Positions 9,535 through 21,700 of a DNA stretch of 64,000 nucleotides are shown in pieces. How positions within the stretch are numbered: position 1 is the stretch's first letter; the number at the start of each line of letters is the position of its first letter. Location: NCBI GenBank assembly GCA_043228905.1, contig JBHGNT010000011.1, forward strand, positions 11,470,001 to 11,534,000. The letters are read 5' to 3'. The position numbers and the translations under genes were made by a program. The notes beneath the pieces are model-generated. The model was not told where the DNA came from and made no database searches. It worked only from the letters and a program-made list of their open reading frames with translations. This DNA comes from Azolla caroliniana. Its lineage: Eukaryota > Plantae > Polypodiophyta.

Positions 9535-11975
9535 ACTGATCTTTTAAAAGGTCAAACGCGTAAGTCTACAAAACCTATTGTGTGGAATGCTACACTAGAC
9601 CTTGCCTTTAAGGAACTCAAGGACCTGGTTTGCAAGGCTCCTTCACTTCTTTTACCCGATCCTTCAAAACCTTTTGAGGTTGAAACCGATGCAAGCGATT
9701 ATGCTATAGGTGTTGTCTTGTATCAAGATGGTAAACCAATAACATTCGAGAGTAAGAAACTTGATTCTGCTCAATGTTGGTATACCGTTCAAGAAAAGGA
9801 ATTATTTGCAGTTATACATGCGCTCAAAACATGGCGCCATTATCTTTATGTAAATCACTTTGTGGTAACTACGGACCACGAGTCCTTGAAATATTTTTGT
9901 GACCAACAAGACCTGAAAGGTCGTAAGGCACGATGGGCTGATCTCATCCAGGACTTTGATTTTTCCATACGATATCGTAAAGGTTCCATGAACACTGTCG
10001 CTGATGCACTAAGTCGCATCCGTGAAGTTAACATGCTTAGATTCACTGCAATATCATCAGATCTTTATGATCACCTTCGAGGAAAGTATCCTGATGACAG
10101 TTATTTTGCAAAATACTGGGCAAGAGTTGAGTCTGGAACAGACACCACCACATCCTTGAAGGAATACTTCCACATTGCTAACGGTTTGCTCTACCGTAAT
10201 GGGAAGGTTTGTGTTCCAGATTTACCCGAGGTCAAAAAGAGGATTCTTTTTGAATGCCATGATGCACCCTCAACAGGGCACCCTGGAATACATCGTACAC
10301 TCGTTCTCATCTCCATTCAATTTTATTTGCCTAAGATGCGTCCTGACATACATAGCTATGTGACTAAATGTCACCAGTGTCAGGTTAACAAAGCCGAGCG
10401 ACTTAAAGCCGCAGGACTTTTACATCCCTTGGACATTCCCAATAATAAGTGGGAAAGTATATCCATGGATTTTATTGTTAGCCTTCCTCGCACCCAAAAA
10501 GGTCATGATGCCATCTGGGTTGTCGTTGATCGACTAACTAAAATGGCCAGATTTATTGCTACTAAAACCATGGTAACAGCTCCTGAATTGGCTTACCAAT
10601 TCATTGACGAATTGTTTCGTTTTTATAGTTTACCAATGGATATCGTGAGTGATCGAGATCCAAAGTTTACTAGTGACTTCTGGACACAAGTCTTTAAGAA
10701 GTTAGAAACTACGTTGAGCATGAGCTCCACGGATCATCCTCAATCCGATGGACAGACAGAACGAGTAAATCAAATTATTGAGGACATGCTTCGAGCATAC
10801 GTTGGTGCAAAACCAACAAAATGGGAACGTTATCTCCCAATTTTGGAGTTTTCTTATAACAGCTCCAAGCATACGTCGACGGGATATAGTCCTTTTATGT
10901 TGATGTATGGTTTTCAGCCACGAGCCCCGATTGATGTTAATATACATCATGATGAGTTGCGAAGTACGCAAAACTTTCTTTGGATATGCAAGATATGTTG
11001 CATATTGCACGAGATAATATAAAAACAGCTCAAGATAGAGCGCGTTTTTATGCTGATCATCATAGGCAACCTCGTGTATTCAACCCTGGACAGAAGGTAT
11101 TTTTACGTGTACCTCACAATTCTAAGACATTGTCTACGGGTAAGTGCGCTAAGTTAGCCCCACGGTTTTGTGGACCTTTTACAGTCCTCAAACGCATTGG
11201 GTCATCAGCCTATCGTCTCGCTCTTCCCGATGGTGTCGGAATTCATCCAGTCTTTCATGTGAGTCGTCTAAAAGAACTTCTAGGTTCTGGCGACAATATA
11301 GTTACGACTGAAACTCTGGTTACTTCTGAAGAATTATCTTCTAAACCACATGTACCAGAAAGAATTCTCGATGTTAAAACAAAAAAATTACGTACTAAAG
11401 AAATCCGAGAATTTAAAATAAAATGGAGGGATAAATCAATAAAAGATGCCACATGGGAACGCGAAAATACTCTTAGAACTAACTTCCCTAACTTTCCATT
11501 GCAAGAGTGCAATGTTTTAAAGAGGGGGAGTATGTTACGGGCATGACCATATAATATCCCGTGGTAAGAATTTACCGTAGTATTTTATACACGTGGATAA
11601 GTGTGAGGGTTAAACGAGAGTGTAAAGAAGGGGAGGATTACTTTTAATCCTCGGGATTGAGACAACCCATTAGGTCAAGTGTGAACTTGCCTGGGGGCCT
11701 TGGGTATCGCTATAAATAAGAGGCCTAGCTACCCTCATTTGATCATCTTTTGACTACATCGAGACTCTGCTCGTGTGGTGGGTCAACTCTTGTAGTGAGC
11801 GCGCCAGCACCAGGTACGACTCGACGCCACGACGGTGGTATGGGACGCTGATCGAGGCTCGAGTCCGTCTCGATCCCTTCGCTCGGGGGTGGTCGGGTGG
11901 ATCAGCACCCTTCTTTCTCTTTCTCTTTTCTATCTTTCATTTCTTTATCCTTATCTTAAGCTTACTTTAGTACCT
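9535..11975 (+). mobile_element. Element B: 3' half of a chromoviral Ty3/gypsy (RNase H, integrase, chromodomain, PPT, truncated 3' LTR from 11533)
   Basis: ETDASD...EKEL RNase H; ISMDFI/SDRD/GQTERVN integrase; frameshift near 10980; GPF motif; chromodomain PERILD...KIKW...ATWE; PPT AAGAGGGGGAG then TGTTACG at 11533. Confidence 0.9.
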
Positions 11976-11984
11976 AGATCTATA

Positions 11985-12235
11985 ATAATCTATTTGGATG
12001 ATCTATTGATTTATTCGAAGACCTAGGAAGAGCATGATTCTCATGTACTATTAGTACTAAAATGACTCCGAGAGAATGGTCTTTATGCCAAACTAGAAAA
12101 ATGTAGCTTTGACTGCAAGCAAGTGGAATTTCTAGGCTACGTCATCTTCTCAAAGGGCATCTCCATGGATCTGGCTAAAGTAAAAAATGTGCTAGCAAAC
12201 TCCACGTTCATTACGAGATGTACAATGTTTCCTAG
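11985..12235 (+). pseudogene. RT fragment (YLDD region) of the element J family
   Basis: Closely matches the reverse complement of about 52210-52470 (IYLDDLLIYSKT...VEFLGYVI). Confidence 0.85.
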
Positions 12236-12671
12236 TGTGAAAGTGTTTTTAGAATCTAAGCCATTGAACATTAGAAGAATATAAAGTATGGATAATTCAC
12301 ATTTGGAGGCTAAGAACACGAACCAAGACCTTAGGAAGAAGTCAAAAGTAAAAGTAAGAGACCAAGAGAAAAGTAAAAAGAGAAAAAGCGGACCATAAAA
12401 AACAGTAAAAAAGGAATGGTCACCCAAATATTATGTTTAAGTATGGGTTAGAAAGCTTGTAAAGAGAGCTATCTATAGAGTTTTAAATCACTAAATTCGG
12501 AGCTCTGAGAACGGAGATATGACAATTAGAAGGTCGTTGAGTCTTAGCTAAAAATAGGAGATAAAAAGCTTCTAAAAATAGCGTGAACGAGGAAGAAGAA
12601 GAAAATTATAAAAGAGGAAGAGTCTTAGATGGAAGAACGAATAGGGAGAGGATCCTAATAGAGGAGAGGGA

Positions 12672-12763
12672 TGTTGGGGACAAAGGCCGTGTCGATGCGG
12701 AAGATCAAATAGCATTCGATTGGGGTTGAGTACCTGCGTATGACAGTTTGCAAGATCGTGCAC

Positions 12764-12804
<41 letters not shown>

Positions 12805-15800
12805 CACAAAGCTTCTTTCTATTTTAACAATAATACAACCAACCTTACAAAAAGGTTACAAGGTCACTATATATAGTGACCGACTTAGGGCAACTACCAT
12901 TTATGCTAATTACACAAATGGCCCAAACTTGATCTATACAAAGGGATAGTGTGAATACGTCCATTATACACTTGTATTCGACACTCCCCCGTAATGGGCG
13001 TATACATGGGTTATCTAAGATTACAGGTATAAACCTAGGTTCTCGGACATATCAGTTTTGTTCGAGTCGGCAGGGTTCGAAGGCAGAAGACCGGACTGGT
13101 CGGGTCGGAAGAGTTGAAGCCGATCATTAGGGAACTGATGTCGGTTGTCTGAAACCATCCTGCGCTGTGTCCGGCTCTAACCGGACTGGTTTGTCGTTAC
13201 GCCCATCTGATGCCGAAGGGACCGAAAGCGGTCTGCCGAAAGACACTTGGTCATTCCATCTGCGACATTGTCGGTTGTGGATATTTTCTCTAGACCGATC
13301 TTCCCTGAAATGACGCAGTCCCGAACGAAGTGATATCGAACGTCGATATGTTTGGAGGCGTTGTGGTGAACCGGATTTCTCGACAAGGCAACGGCACCTT
13401 GACTGTCGCTATAGACAACTGGAGCCGAGTCATGGTCGACTTGCCGAAACGTGTGCGCCAGTCGGCCGAGCCACAAAGCTTCTTTTGCAGCGTCGGACGC
13501 AGCTACATATTCTGCTTCGGTCGTTGAGGTCGTTGTGCACTCCTGAAGTTTCGACTTCCACGAAATTGCTCCATTGCCGAATTTGAAGCAGTATCCGGTT
13601 GTTGATTTCCGACTGTCTATACAGCCGGCGAAGTCCGAGTCGGTGTAACCGACTACGCCTGAGGTTGAGTTCGGACCGAAAAGAATGCCGTGATCTTTTG
13701 TGCCAGCCAGATATTTGAACACATGCTTGACTGCGTTCCAATGCGATCGGCCAGGATTGTGCATAAATCTGCTAACGACTCCTACGGCATGAGAGATATC
13801 AGGCCGTGTCGCGACCATCAAGTACATAAGGGAGCCGACTGCCGGTGCATACGGTACCGACTTCATATCTTCCCCCTCCGGACCGGATGTCGGGCAGTCT
13901 CGCTGAGAGAGCCGAAGATTCATGGGGAGCGGGGTTGAAGCAGATTTGGCTGATTTCATGTTGAAGTGTTCCAAGACACGTCCGATATAGTCGGTCTGAG
14001 ACAAAAAAAGATGTCGTTTATCGCGATGCCGACTAATCTTCATGCCAAGTATGTGTCGTGCCGGACCGAGGTCCTTCATAGCAAACTTCAACCGCAGTTG
14101 CCGAATGAGATCGGCAAGTTCGCCCGCGTGGCGTCCAGAAATTAGCATGTCGTCCACGTAAATGATGAGAAAGATGGGTGATCCATCTTGAGCTGTGTTG
14201 GTAAAAAGACAATGGTCCTCATCGCTTTTTGAGAAGCCGATCGATTGGATGAAGTCGTCGAACTTCTTGTACCATTGTCGCGGTGCCTGTTTGAGGCCGT
14301 ATAGACTCTTCCTGAGTCGGCAGACTAGATGTTCTTGGCCAGTTGCCACGAAGCCTTTTGGCTGTTCCATATAAATTTCCTCTTCAAGATCACCATGGAG
14401 GAAGGCTGTTTTGACATCTAGCTGAATCAGCTCCAAGTTGTCGGCTGCCACTACGCCGAGTAGAAAACGAAGGGTTGTCATTTTCACCACTGGTGAAAAA
14501 ATCTCGTCGAAGTCGACGCCATATTCTTTTCGGAAGCCCTTCGCAACTAATCTGGCCTTGTACTTTGGGGTGGTCGAATCAGACGTCTCTTTTAGTCGAT
14601 AAACCCACTTGCAGGGAAGAGCACGTCGATTCTTAGGTAGTTCGACCAGATCCCAAGTCTTGTTTGCCCGAATGGACTGCATTTCCGACTCCATCGCCAG
14701 ATGCCAGGTGGCTGAATCGACAGATGTCGATGCTTCTTCGTAAGACGTCGGTTCGCCGGCGTCGGTGAAGAAAATTCCAGGGGAATACCTCTCCCGAGGT
14801 TGCGACAGTCTCTCGGATCGTCGAGGTATGATTTGACTGGTCGCATCGGGTATCGAGGTCGGATGGTCCGAAAGCGAATTATTCTGTTGTGCCGAGTCAG
14901 AGTTGTCTGAGTCGGTGGTGTAGGGTTCAGCTACCTGTGAAGCTGACCGTGTGTTAAGAGCGGGGCCTTCTTGAAGGGTCGGCACATCGGAAAATGTTAC
15001 CCTTCGGACTTCGATCGGTTTTTCGACTGATGGATTCATAGCCGACTCGTTGAACACAACGTCCGAACTTCGAACGATTTGTCTGCGTTCGGGGTCCCAG
15101 AGTCGGTATCCCATTTCGCCGTCTGATCCATATCCAAGGAAAATGCATTTCCTGGACCGCGGTGCAAGTTTTCGGCGATCATCTTTCGGAATAAGGGCGT
15201 ATGCCTCGCATCCGAAGATCCTCAGCTTGTCGTAATTCGGCTTACTGCCGATCCATAGTTCCTGAGGAATTTGAAGTCCTAGAGGTCTGCTTGGCGACAT
15301 ATTGATTATGTGTACTGCCGTGAGTAGAGCCTCTGCCCAGAAGCCATCCGACAGTCCGGAGTGTTGGAGCATGGAAACTATCCGTTCTTGGATTGTCCGA
15401 TTCATGCGTTCTGCAATCCCGTTTTGCTCCGGACTGTGTGGTGCCGTAAATTCACGTCGGATGCCGCGTTGTCGGCAGAATTTGACGAATTCTTCTGATT
15501 TGAACTCTCCCCCATTGTCGGTCCGAAAGCATTTCAGTTTTCGGTCAGTTTGATTTTCTACCATAGCGAGCCAATCGGAGAAGATCGAGAAGACACGATC
15601 TTTGGTGCGAATTGGATAAGCCCACACCTTTCGAGTCGAATCGTCAATAAAACTGACGAAGTAAGAGGCACCGCCGAGAGACTGATGCGGCATTGGGCCA
15701 CAGACGTCCGAGTGGACTAAATCGAGAGGTCTCGTTTCTCTTGGTGCTGATGTCGGGTGTGATGCGGCTGCTTGTTTGCCATACTGGCAATGTTCGCAGA

Positions 15801-18005
15801 ATTGATGGTCCGAGAAGGAGAGTTTAGGGATGTATCCGGCTCTAGATAGGTGCGTAATGCCGGCCTTGCTGAGGTGTCCTAATCTTCTGTGCCATAGTGA
15901 TGACACAGGAATATCCACCAAAAACAGGTTACCCTCTCTGAGCGTAACATGTAACGGATACAGTGAGTGTATCTTGGGTCCTCTAGCAAGCAGGAGGTTC
16001 CCCCTGTGGAGTGTCCACCCTCCCGAAGAAAAACCGGCACGAATGCCGTCTTCATCTAGTTGTCCGACTGAGATCAATGGCCTTGAGAGCTCGGGTACAT
16101 GTCGGACATTACGAAGTACAAGTGTAGAGCCACCTGCAAGGTTGAGCTCTACTGTGCCGATTCCAATGATGTCACAGTGTTGCGAGTTGCCGACTCGAAC
16201 TGAGTCGGAGTGACGGATCGTATATTGCCGAAATTGGGATCGATGAGGAGTCACGTGAAATGACGCGCCCGAATCTAAGAGCCATGTGCTCGATTCTTCA
16301 GTCGTGAGCAGAACTTCTGATCCGACTGGATTTTCGATTGATAGTATATTCGGGTCGTTTGGTAGCACATCAACTGAGAAGCTGACGTAATTGATCTCCT
16401 CATGCCGGCCACTCTTCTTGTCTGATTTCTGAGACTTGTCGTTCTTGTTCTTGAGTGCGCGGCAGTCGGCTTTGATGTGTCCGGGTTTCTTGCAATAGTT
16501 GCAGATTCGATTATCCCGTGACTGGCTCTGTCTTCGTTGATTGTTCGGCTGCCGTGAGGAATCTCTTCCTCGTATGTTCGATCGGTCTGTCGAACCTTGT
16601 ACTACGTAAGCGTCGTCTGTTGAGTCTTTGGCGAAAGACTTTCTCCGAGCTGCTTCGGTCAGGATTGCGCTCGTGACTTCGGAGTATTTAACAGCCGTGG
16701 TTGACGCGTTGCACACGGTTGTGACGAAAGTTTCCCATGATGAGGGAAGGCTGCTCATGAGTATCATTGCTCTGAGTTCATCCTCGATTGCCGTCCCCTG
16801 AGATGAGATTTGGGAGCTTATGCTTTCGTACTCATTGAGATGTGCTTGAACCGAATCAGATTCTTTCATCCGCAAGTTGTAGAGGCGCCGGATCAGAAAC
16901 ATCTTCGTTGCGGCGACCTTCTTTTCGTAAGTGTCCGACAGTGTTTTCCACAGTTCGAATGCTGTCGTACACGATTGCACCGTAAAGTATACCGATTCGG
17001 ATAGGTGCATCCGAATCGTGGCGCGGACGATTCTGTCCAGCTTCTGCCACTCAATTGGTTTGTATCCTTCTGGAGGTTCTTCATTTTCGATGGGATCGAT
17101 TTGCCCCTTGACTATGAGATAGTCCTGCATTTGCTCCTTCCAGAAGTTGAAGTTCGATCCATCGAACTTTCGTAGACTCATTTCTGACGAGCCGGATGTT
17201 GATGCCATCAAATTTGGTTTCGGTTGACGAAGCTCGGTTCGGAGTTGACTACGAACCTTGTTGGAGTGCAGTCGGTTGGCTCACCCGATATCGTTCTAGT
17301 CGGATTTGAACCCGAGTCGGTTCGGCTTCGGATATATGTATTGTTGAACTTGCTCGAATTGACTCCGGTAACTCGAGGGACAGAACCGATTGGTCTTCCC
17401 GAATGTTGCCGAGTCGGAGTGAGCCCGGTTCGCTTCCGAATATATATGCCAAATACCGATTATTGAAACCGATTGTCTGGACCGATTCTGCTTCGGGTGA
17501 CTGCAGTGACGAGAGAGACGGATCCAACTGATCCTCCCGAATGTCGATCAGCCAGATGAAGCACGAGTTGGGGTTGTTGTCTTGAGACCGATCTGCACCG
17601 AGTGGTTACAATGAGCGGCGAGCAGCGTTTGATGACCTCTTCGGATGCCGTTTAACCGAGTGGAGCACGATCGTGTCAATGTTGCACAAGGGGATTTCAC
17701 CTCGAGCGGTTACGATCACAAGGAACAGAGTACAACCGGCTGGCTTACTCCAAGCGAAGATGATCTAACGCGATGAGATGCAAGCCTCGTTTTTTTTTTT
17801 TTCTTCTTCTTCTCTCTTCTTCGAATGACGCGGGAAACCGAATGCTGTGCAGGTTGAGACGACGGCCGACAGCGAGTTGAAGGACCGAATACTGTGCAGG
17901 CTCTGATACCAGATGTTGGGGACAAAGGCCGTGTCGATGCGGAAGATCAAATAGCATTCGATTGGGGTTGAGTACCTGCGTATGACAGTTTGCAAGATCG
18001 TGCAC

Positions 18006-18058
<53 letters not shown>

Positions 18059-18237
18059 CACAAAGCTTCTTTCTATTTTAACAATAATACAACCAACCTT
18101 ACAAAAAGGTTACAAGGTCACTATATATAGTGACCGACTTAGGGCAACTACCATTTATGCTAATTACACAAATGGCCCAAACTTGATCTATACAAAGGGA
18201 TAGTGTGAATACGTCCATTATACACTTGTATTCGACA
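12672..18237 (-). mobile_element. Element C: intact full-length Ty1/copia retrotransposon (Tork/Tnt1-like)
   Basis: LTRs 12672-12983 and 17914-18237 differ only in (GA)n length; TSD AGGGA on both sides; tRNA-Met PBS TGGTATCAGAGC 17900-17911; PPT GGGGGAG 12984-12990. Confidence 0.98.
13177..17208 (-). CDS. gag-pol: Copia gag-pol polyprotein, uninterrupted (~1343 aa)
   Basis: CNYCKKPGHIKADC knuckle, WLLDSGAS protease, WHRRLGH/CEHC and HSDVCGP/TDNGGE/AER integrase, LDVKTAFLHG/YGLKQ/YVDDM RT, YTDSD/TEAEY/KHID RNase H. Confidence 0.97.
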   Translation of the reverse strand: MASTSGSSEMSLRKFDGSNFNFWKEQMQDYLIVKGQIDPIENEEPPEGYKPIEWQKLDRIVRATIRMHLSESVYFTVQSCTTAFELWKTLSDTYEKKVAATKMFLIRRLYNLRMKESDSVQAHLNEYESISSQISSQGTAIEDELRAMILMSSLPSSWETFVTTVCNASTTAVKYSEVTSAILTEAARRKSFAKDSTDDAYVVQGSTDRSNIRGRDSSRQPNNQRRQSQSRDNRICNYCKKPGHIKADCRALKNKNDKSQKSDKKSGRHEEINYVSFSVDVLPNDPNILSIENPVGSEVLLTTEESSTWLLDSGASFHVTPHRSQFRQYTIRHSDSVRVGNSQHCDIIGIGTVELNLAGGSTLVLRNVRHVPELSRPLISVGQLDEDGIRAGFSSGGWTLHRGNLLLARGPKIHSLYPLHVTLREGNLFLVDIPVSSLWHRRLGHLSKAGITHLSRAGYIPKLSFSDHQFCEHCQYGKQAAASHPTSAPRETRPLDLVHSDVCGPMPHQSLGGASYFVSFIDDSTRKVWAYPIRTKDRVFSIFSDWLAMVENQTDRKLKCFRTDNGGEFKSEEFVKFCRQRGIRREFTAPHSPEQNGIAERMNRTIQERIVSMLQHSGLSDGFWAEALLTAVHIINMSPSRPLGLQIPQELWIGSKPNYDKLRIFGCEAYALIPKDDRRKLAPRSRKCIFLGYGSDGEMGYRLWDPERRQIVRSSDVVFNESAMNPSVEKPIEVRRVTFSDVPTLQEGPALNTRSASQVAEPYTTDSDNSDSAQQNNSLSDHPTSIPDATSQIIPRRSERLSQPRERYSPGIFFTDAGEPTSYEEASTSVDSATWHLAMESEMQSIRANKTWDLVELPKNRRALPCKWVYRLKETSDSTTPKYKARLVAKGFRKEYGVDFDEIFSPVVKMTTLRFLLGVVAADNLELIQLDVKTAFLHGDLEEEIYMEQPKGFVATGQEHLVCRLRKSLYGLKQAPRQWYKKFDDFIQSIGFSKSDEDHCLFTNTAQDGSPIFLIIYVDDMLISGRHAGELADLIRQLRLKFAMKDLGPARHILGMKISRHRDKRHLFLSQTDYIGRVLEHFNMKSAKSASTPLPMNLRLSQRDCPTSGPEGEDMKSVPYAPAVGSLMYLMVATRPDISHAVGVVSRFMHNPGRSHWNAVKHVFKYLAGTKDHGILFGPNSTSGVVGYTDSDFAGCIDSRKSTTGYCFKFGNGAISWKSKLQECTTTSTTEAEYVAASDAAKEALWLGRLAHTFRQVDHDSAPVVYSDSQGAVALSRNPVHHNASKHIDVRYHFVRDCVISGKIGLEKISTTDNVADGMTKCLSADRFRSLRHQMGVTTNQSG

Positions 18238-18731
18238 AGGGAGTCTTAGGAAGAGAAATCTTAGTGAAAGAGGAAGGGTCTTAATTGTGGGTTTGAGTGA
18301 TTGGTAGTAAGAAGGTCTTTGGTTTCTTAGTTGAATGTGGAGTTTATCTCCTTTGTATTGACTTGATATTGGAATATCATAACCATCTTATCTCTTTCTC
18401 ATCTTCTCTATCTTTTTTCTTAATTTCTTGAGTCACTCTCTCTAATTCGTAGATACCTTGATCTATATAATATATTATCAGTCACAACTCCATCTAACCG
18501 GTTTGGTCAAGCCCTCATATAGTATAAGATTACCCTTTGTCTCAAACACCTTATCATTTTTCGTGCTCCAGGGAGGGTAGATCCTTTCCGTTTAGGATGG
18601 AGAACTTATCCTTTCTTTGTGTTACTATACTATATTAACTTAGTTATGCAGTTCGCGTTTTCGGGTGAAAGAACACAAGATGCTGGTGCGTTTTTGGCAT
18701 GCTTTGAGCATCATGCCATCTCTATTGGACG

Positions 18732-21700
18732 TGTTGAGAATCAAGCTCAGCTTGGTGTAGTGTGTGAACTCACCTTGAGAGTGAATAGACACTCCAACGG
18801 TCAAGAGTCACCATTATGTCACCTCTCTGTATTCTAGCATTTAGTATGAGTCATAGAATCATATTCTATGACACATAACTTATGAGCTTTCACATTCCCC
18901 ATGCTCCATGAGTCTTGTAGTTAATGAAGAGAGAGGGTGACTATATATAAAGCACCCTCCTCCCACCTTGTATATGTTGAGTCTTTCTCCTTTGTTAAAA
19001 TACTTAACCTTGAGTATTCTCTGCGTCTTACTCTTTGTCTCTCTCACTCTCTCCTTCTCTTACACTCACATAACGCACATCTCTCACCTATTTCGAACAC
19101 AAGAATCATACCCAATTCTTTACATGGTATCTGTGCGATTTGGTAGCTCGATCTAGCCCATTCGCCTCATCGTGATCGTGTGTTGTGCTCTACGCCAACG
19201 ACCAAGAACCGGCTCATCGCTATCGTACCTTTGCTACATAGCTCACATTCGAAGAGAGAAGAAGAAGAAGAAGAAGAAGAAGAATCGACATAATGAATAC
19301 TCAAATGGGGAGTGCTCTCCCTACTGAGAAGTTGGATCAAAACAACTTTGTGTCTTGGGAGTACAAGATGCACCAATACCTTGTCGGACAAGGCTATTGG
19401 AGCTACATCAAAGGAGAGCATGAAGACTGACCCACTGAAGCGGCTCCCAGATACGTGACATGGGAGCAAGACGCAAGCCGCGTGATGTATTGCTTGGCGA
19501 CATGTGTTCACGATCACATGCTCGGCTACATTCGCGAAGCCAAGGCGCCAAAGGAGGCATGGGAAAATCTACGAAAGATTTTTGCGGCGAACACAACCGC
19601 TAGAAGGCTTCAACTTTGCCAAGAGTTGAACAACATTTAACAAAGGGACATGTCCATCACGACATACACCTCGAAGATCAAGGAGCTTTGCGATTTGCTC
19701 GGCTCGATAAGCGTAAATATCGATCATGATGAGATGGTGAAAATATGCCTCGGCGGCCTCGCACCACGGTTCGGTGCGATGCGAACCGCCGTTCTAGCAC
19801 GGGAGAAATCTCCCTCCTTCTTCAAGCTCCAATCAATACTATTGGTCGAAGAAAACCACATGCGTACAAGGAGCAATGAGTTGAAAGAACACATGCTCTA
19901 CACGCACTCGAATGGAGGAAGAGGACGCGGACGAGTGAGAGGTCGATTCGGCCAAGGACAAGGCAGATGAGGTCCGACCTATGACAACAACTCCCAATTT
20001 CCGCCGCAAAATGGAAGCCAACAAGGAACCTTCATAGGAAGGGGGAGCTTCCACTCCGGCCCAAACCGTCAAAACGCAACCGAATGCAGATATTGCGGAA
20101 AGCTCGGCCACCACGAAGAAGAGTGCCGAAAGAAGATGCGGGAATCAGCTTCCACAAGCCGACAACTCACGAACTACGCGCACAATTCTGACTACGAAGA
20201 GTATAGTGGAATGTATGGGCACAACTCCGACTACGAAGATCGTGGCAGAATGTATGCACACAACTCCAACCGTGGCGGAATGTTCATGATGAAACATAGA
20301 GCAAACTCTATGTCGGCCTCTACCTCAACTAGTGCCCTCAATCCGGAGGACCTATGGTTTGTTGACTCCGGATCCTCAAACCACATGAGATCTCATAAAG
20401 AATGGTTTCTCGAACTTCGAGAGCTAGAGCGACCCGGTTTTGTCGAAACCGGAGATGACACTAAGCACCCGATTCGGCACATCAGCAATGTTCCGTTCGG
20501 CGAAAGAGGTAAGCAAACATACATTAAAAATGTCTTTCGTGTTCCCACCATCACGAAGAATTTGATCTCGGTCGGCCAAATGGTTGAGCAAGGGATGCAA
20601 GTACAATTCGACCAAGAAGGGTGCTTCATCGAAAAAGAGGGCTGAATCATCGTGCGCGGAAGAAGAGAGGGCCGTATGTTCATTCTCGATTCACATGAGA
20701 TGAAATCCGCCATGTTCGCAAAAAGCACGAAAGCCGACTCCGACATAGAACTATGGCACAAGAGAATCGGCCACATCAATCTCAACAAACTCAAAGCAAT
20801 GAAATCGAAAGGAGTCGTCATCGGACTTCCGACATTCAAAGAGAAGGATATTGAAGGTGTATGCGAAGCGTGCCAATTCGGCAAGCAACACCGACACCCA
20901 TTCCCAAAAGAGCGGAACGTGAGCAAACGTCTACTCGACGTAGTCCATTCAGACGTATGGGGACTGGCGCAGACGGCTACATTCGGCGGATGCTGATATT
21001 ACATACTCTTCACCGACAACTTCTCTAGGCACACTTGGATCTACCCGATGCGGCAAAAGAGCGAAGTGTTCAGACACTTCCAAAAATTCAAGAATGAAGT
21101 CGAGAAAGCCACAAGCCGACATGCAGGATGCCTTCGATCGGATGGTGGCAAGGAGTACTTCTCGGACGATTTCACGGCGTATCTCCGAAAGGAAGGAATT
21201 CGGTGAGAATTCACTTGTTGACACACTCCGCAACAGAACAGAGTAGCCGAGTGCAAAAATCAGCACATTCTCGAAGTGGCGCGGGCCATGATGAAAGAGA
21301 AGCATATGCCCAAGTCATATTGGGCCGAAGCTGCAAATACGGTCGTCTACCTAATGAACCGGTGCACAACATCCGAAGTGCATGAGGTCACTCGGCACGA
21401 AAAATACTTCGGAAAGAAGTCGGACTTATCGCACACCCTGATATTCGGCGCGATAGCGTACGTGCACATCCCCGACGAGAAGCTTCAAAAGCTTGACCCA
21501 AAGTCGGAGAAATGTATCCTCGTAGGATACTCATTGGAGCAAAAGGGGTACAAGTGCTACAACCCCTCAACTCGAAAATCTCGAGTAAGTCGAGACGTCG
21601 TATTTGACGAGTCCGCATCCTGGTACGCACCAAAGACAACTCCGACTCCGCTCAACCCGGAATCCGCCGAACAAGAGATAGAGGATGAAGATCGCCTTAC

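Larger units (their letters stand above)
12236..18640 (+). repeat. LTR-like sequence (12236-12671 plus 18238-~18640) split by element C
   Basis: Starts TGTGAAAG exactly where the RT fragment stops. A GA-rich motif continues across C's AGGGA TSD. The right end is not resolved; a gag-like peptide (FSGERTQDAGAFLACFE) follows. Confidence 0.55.
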
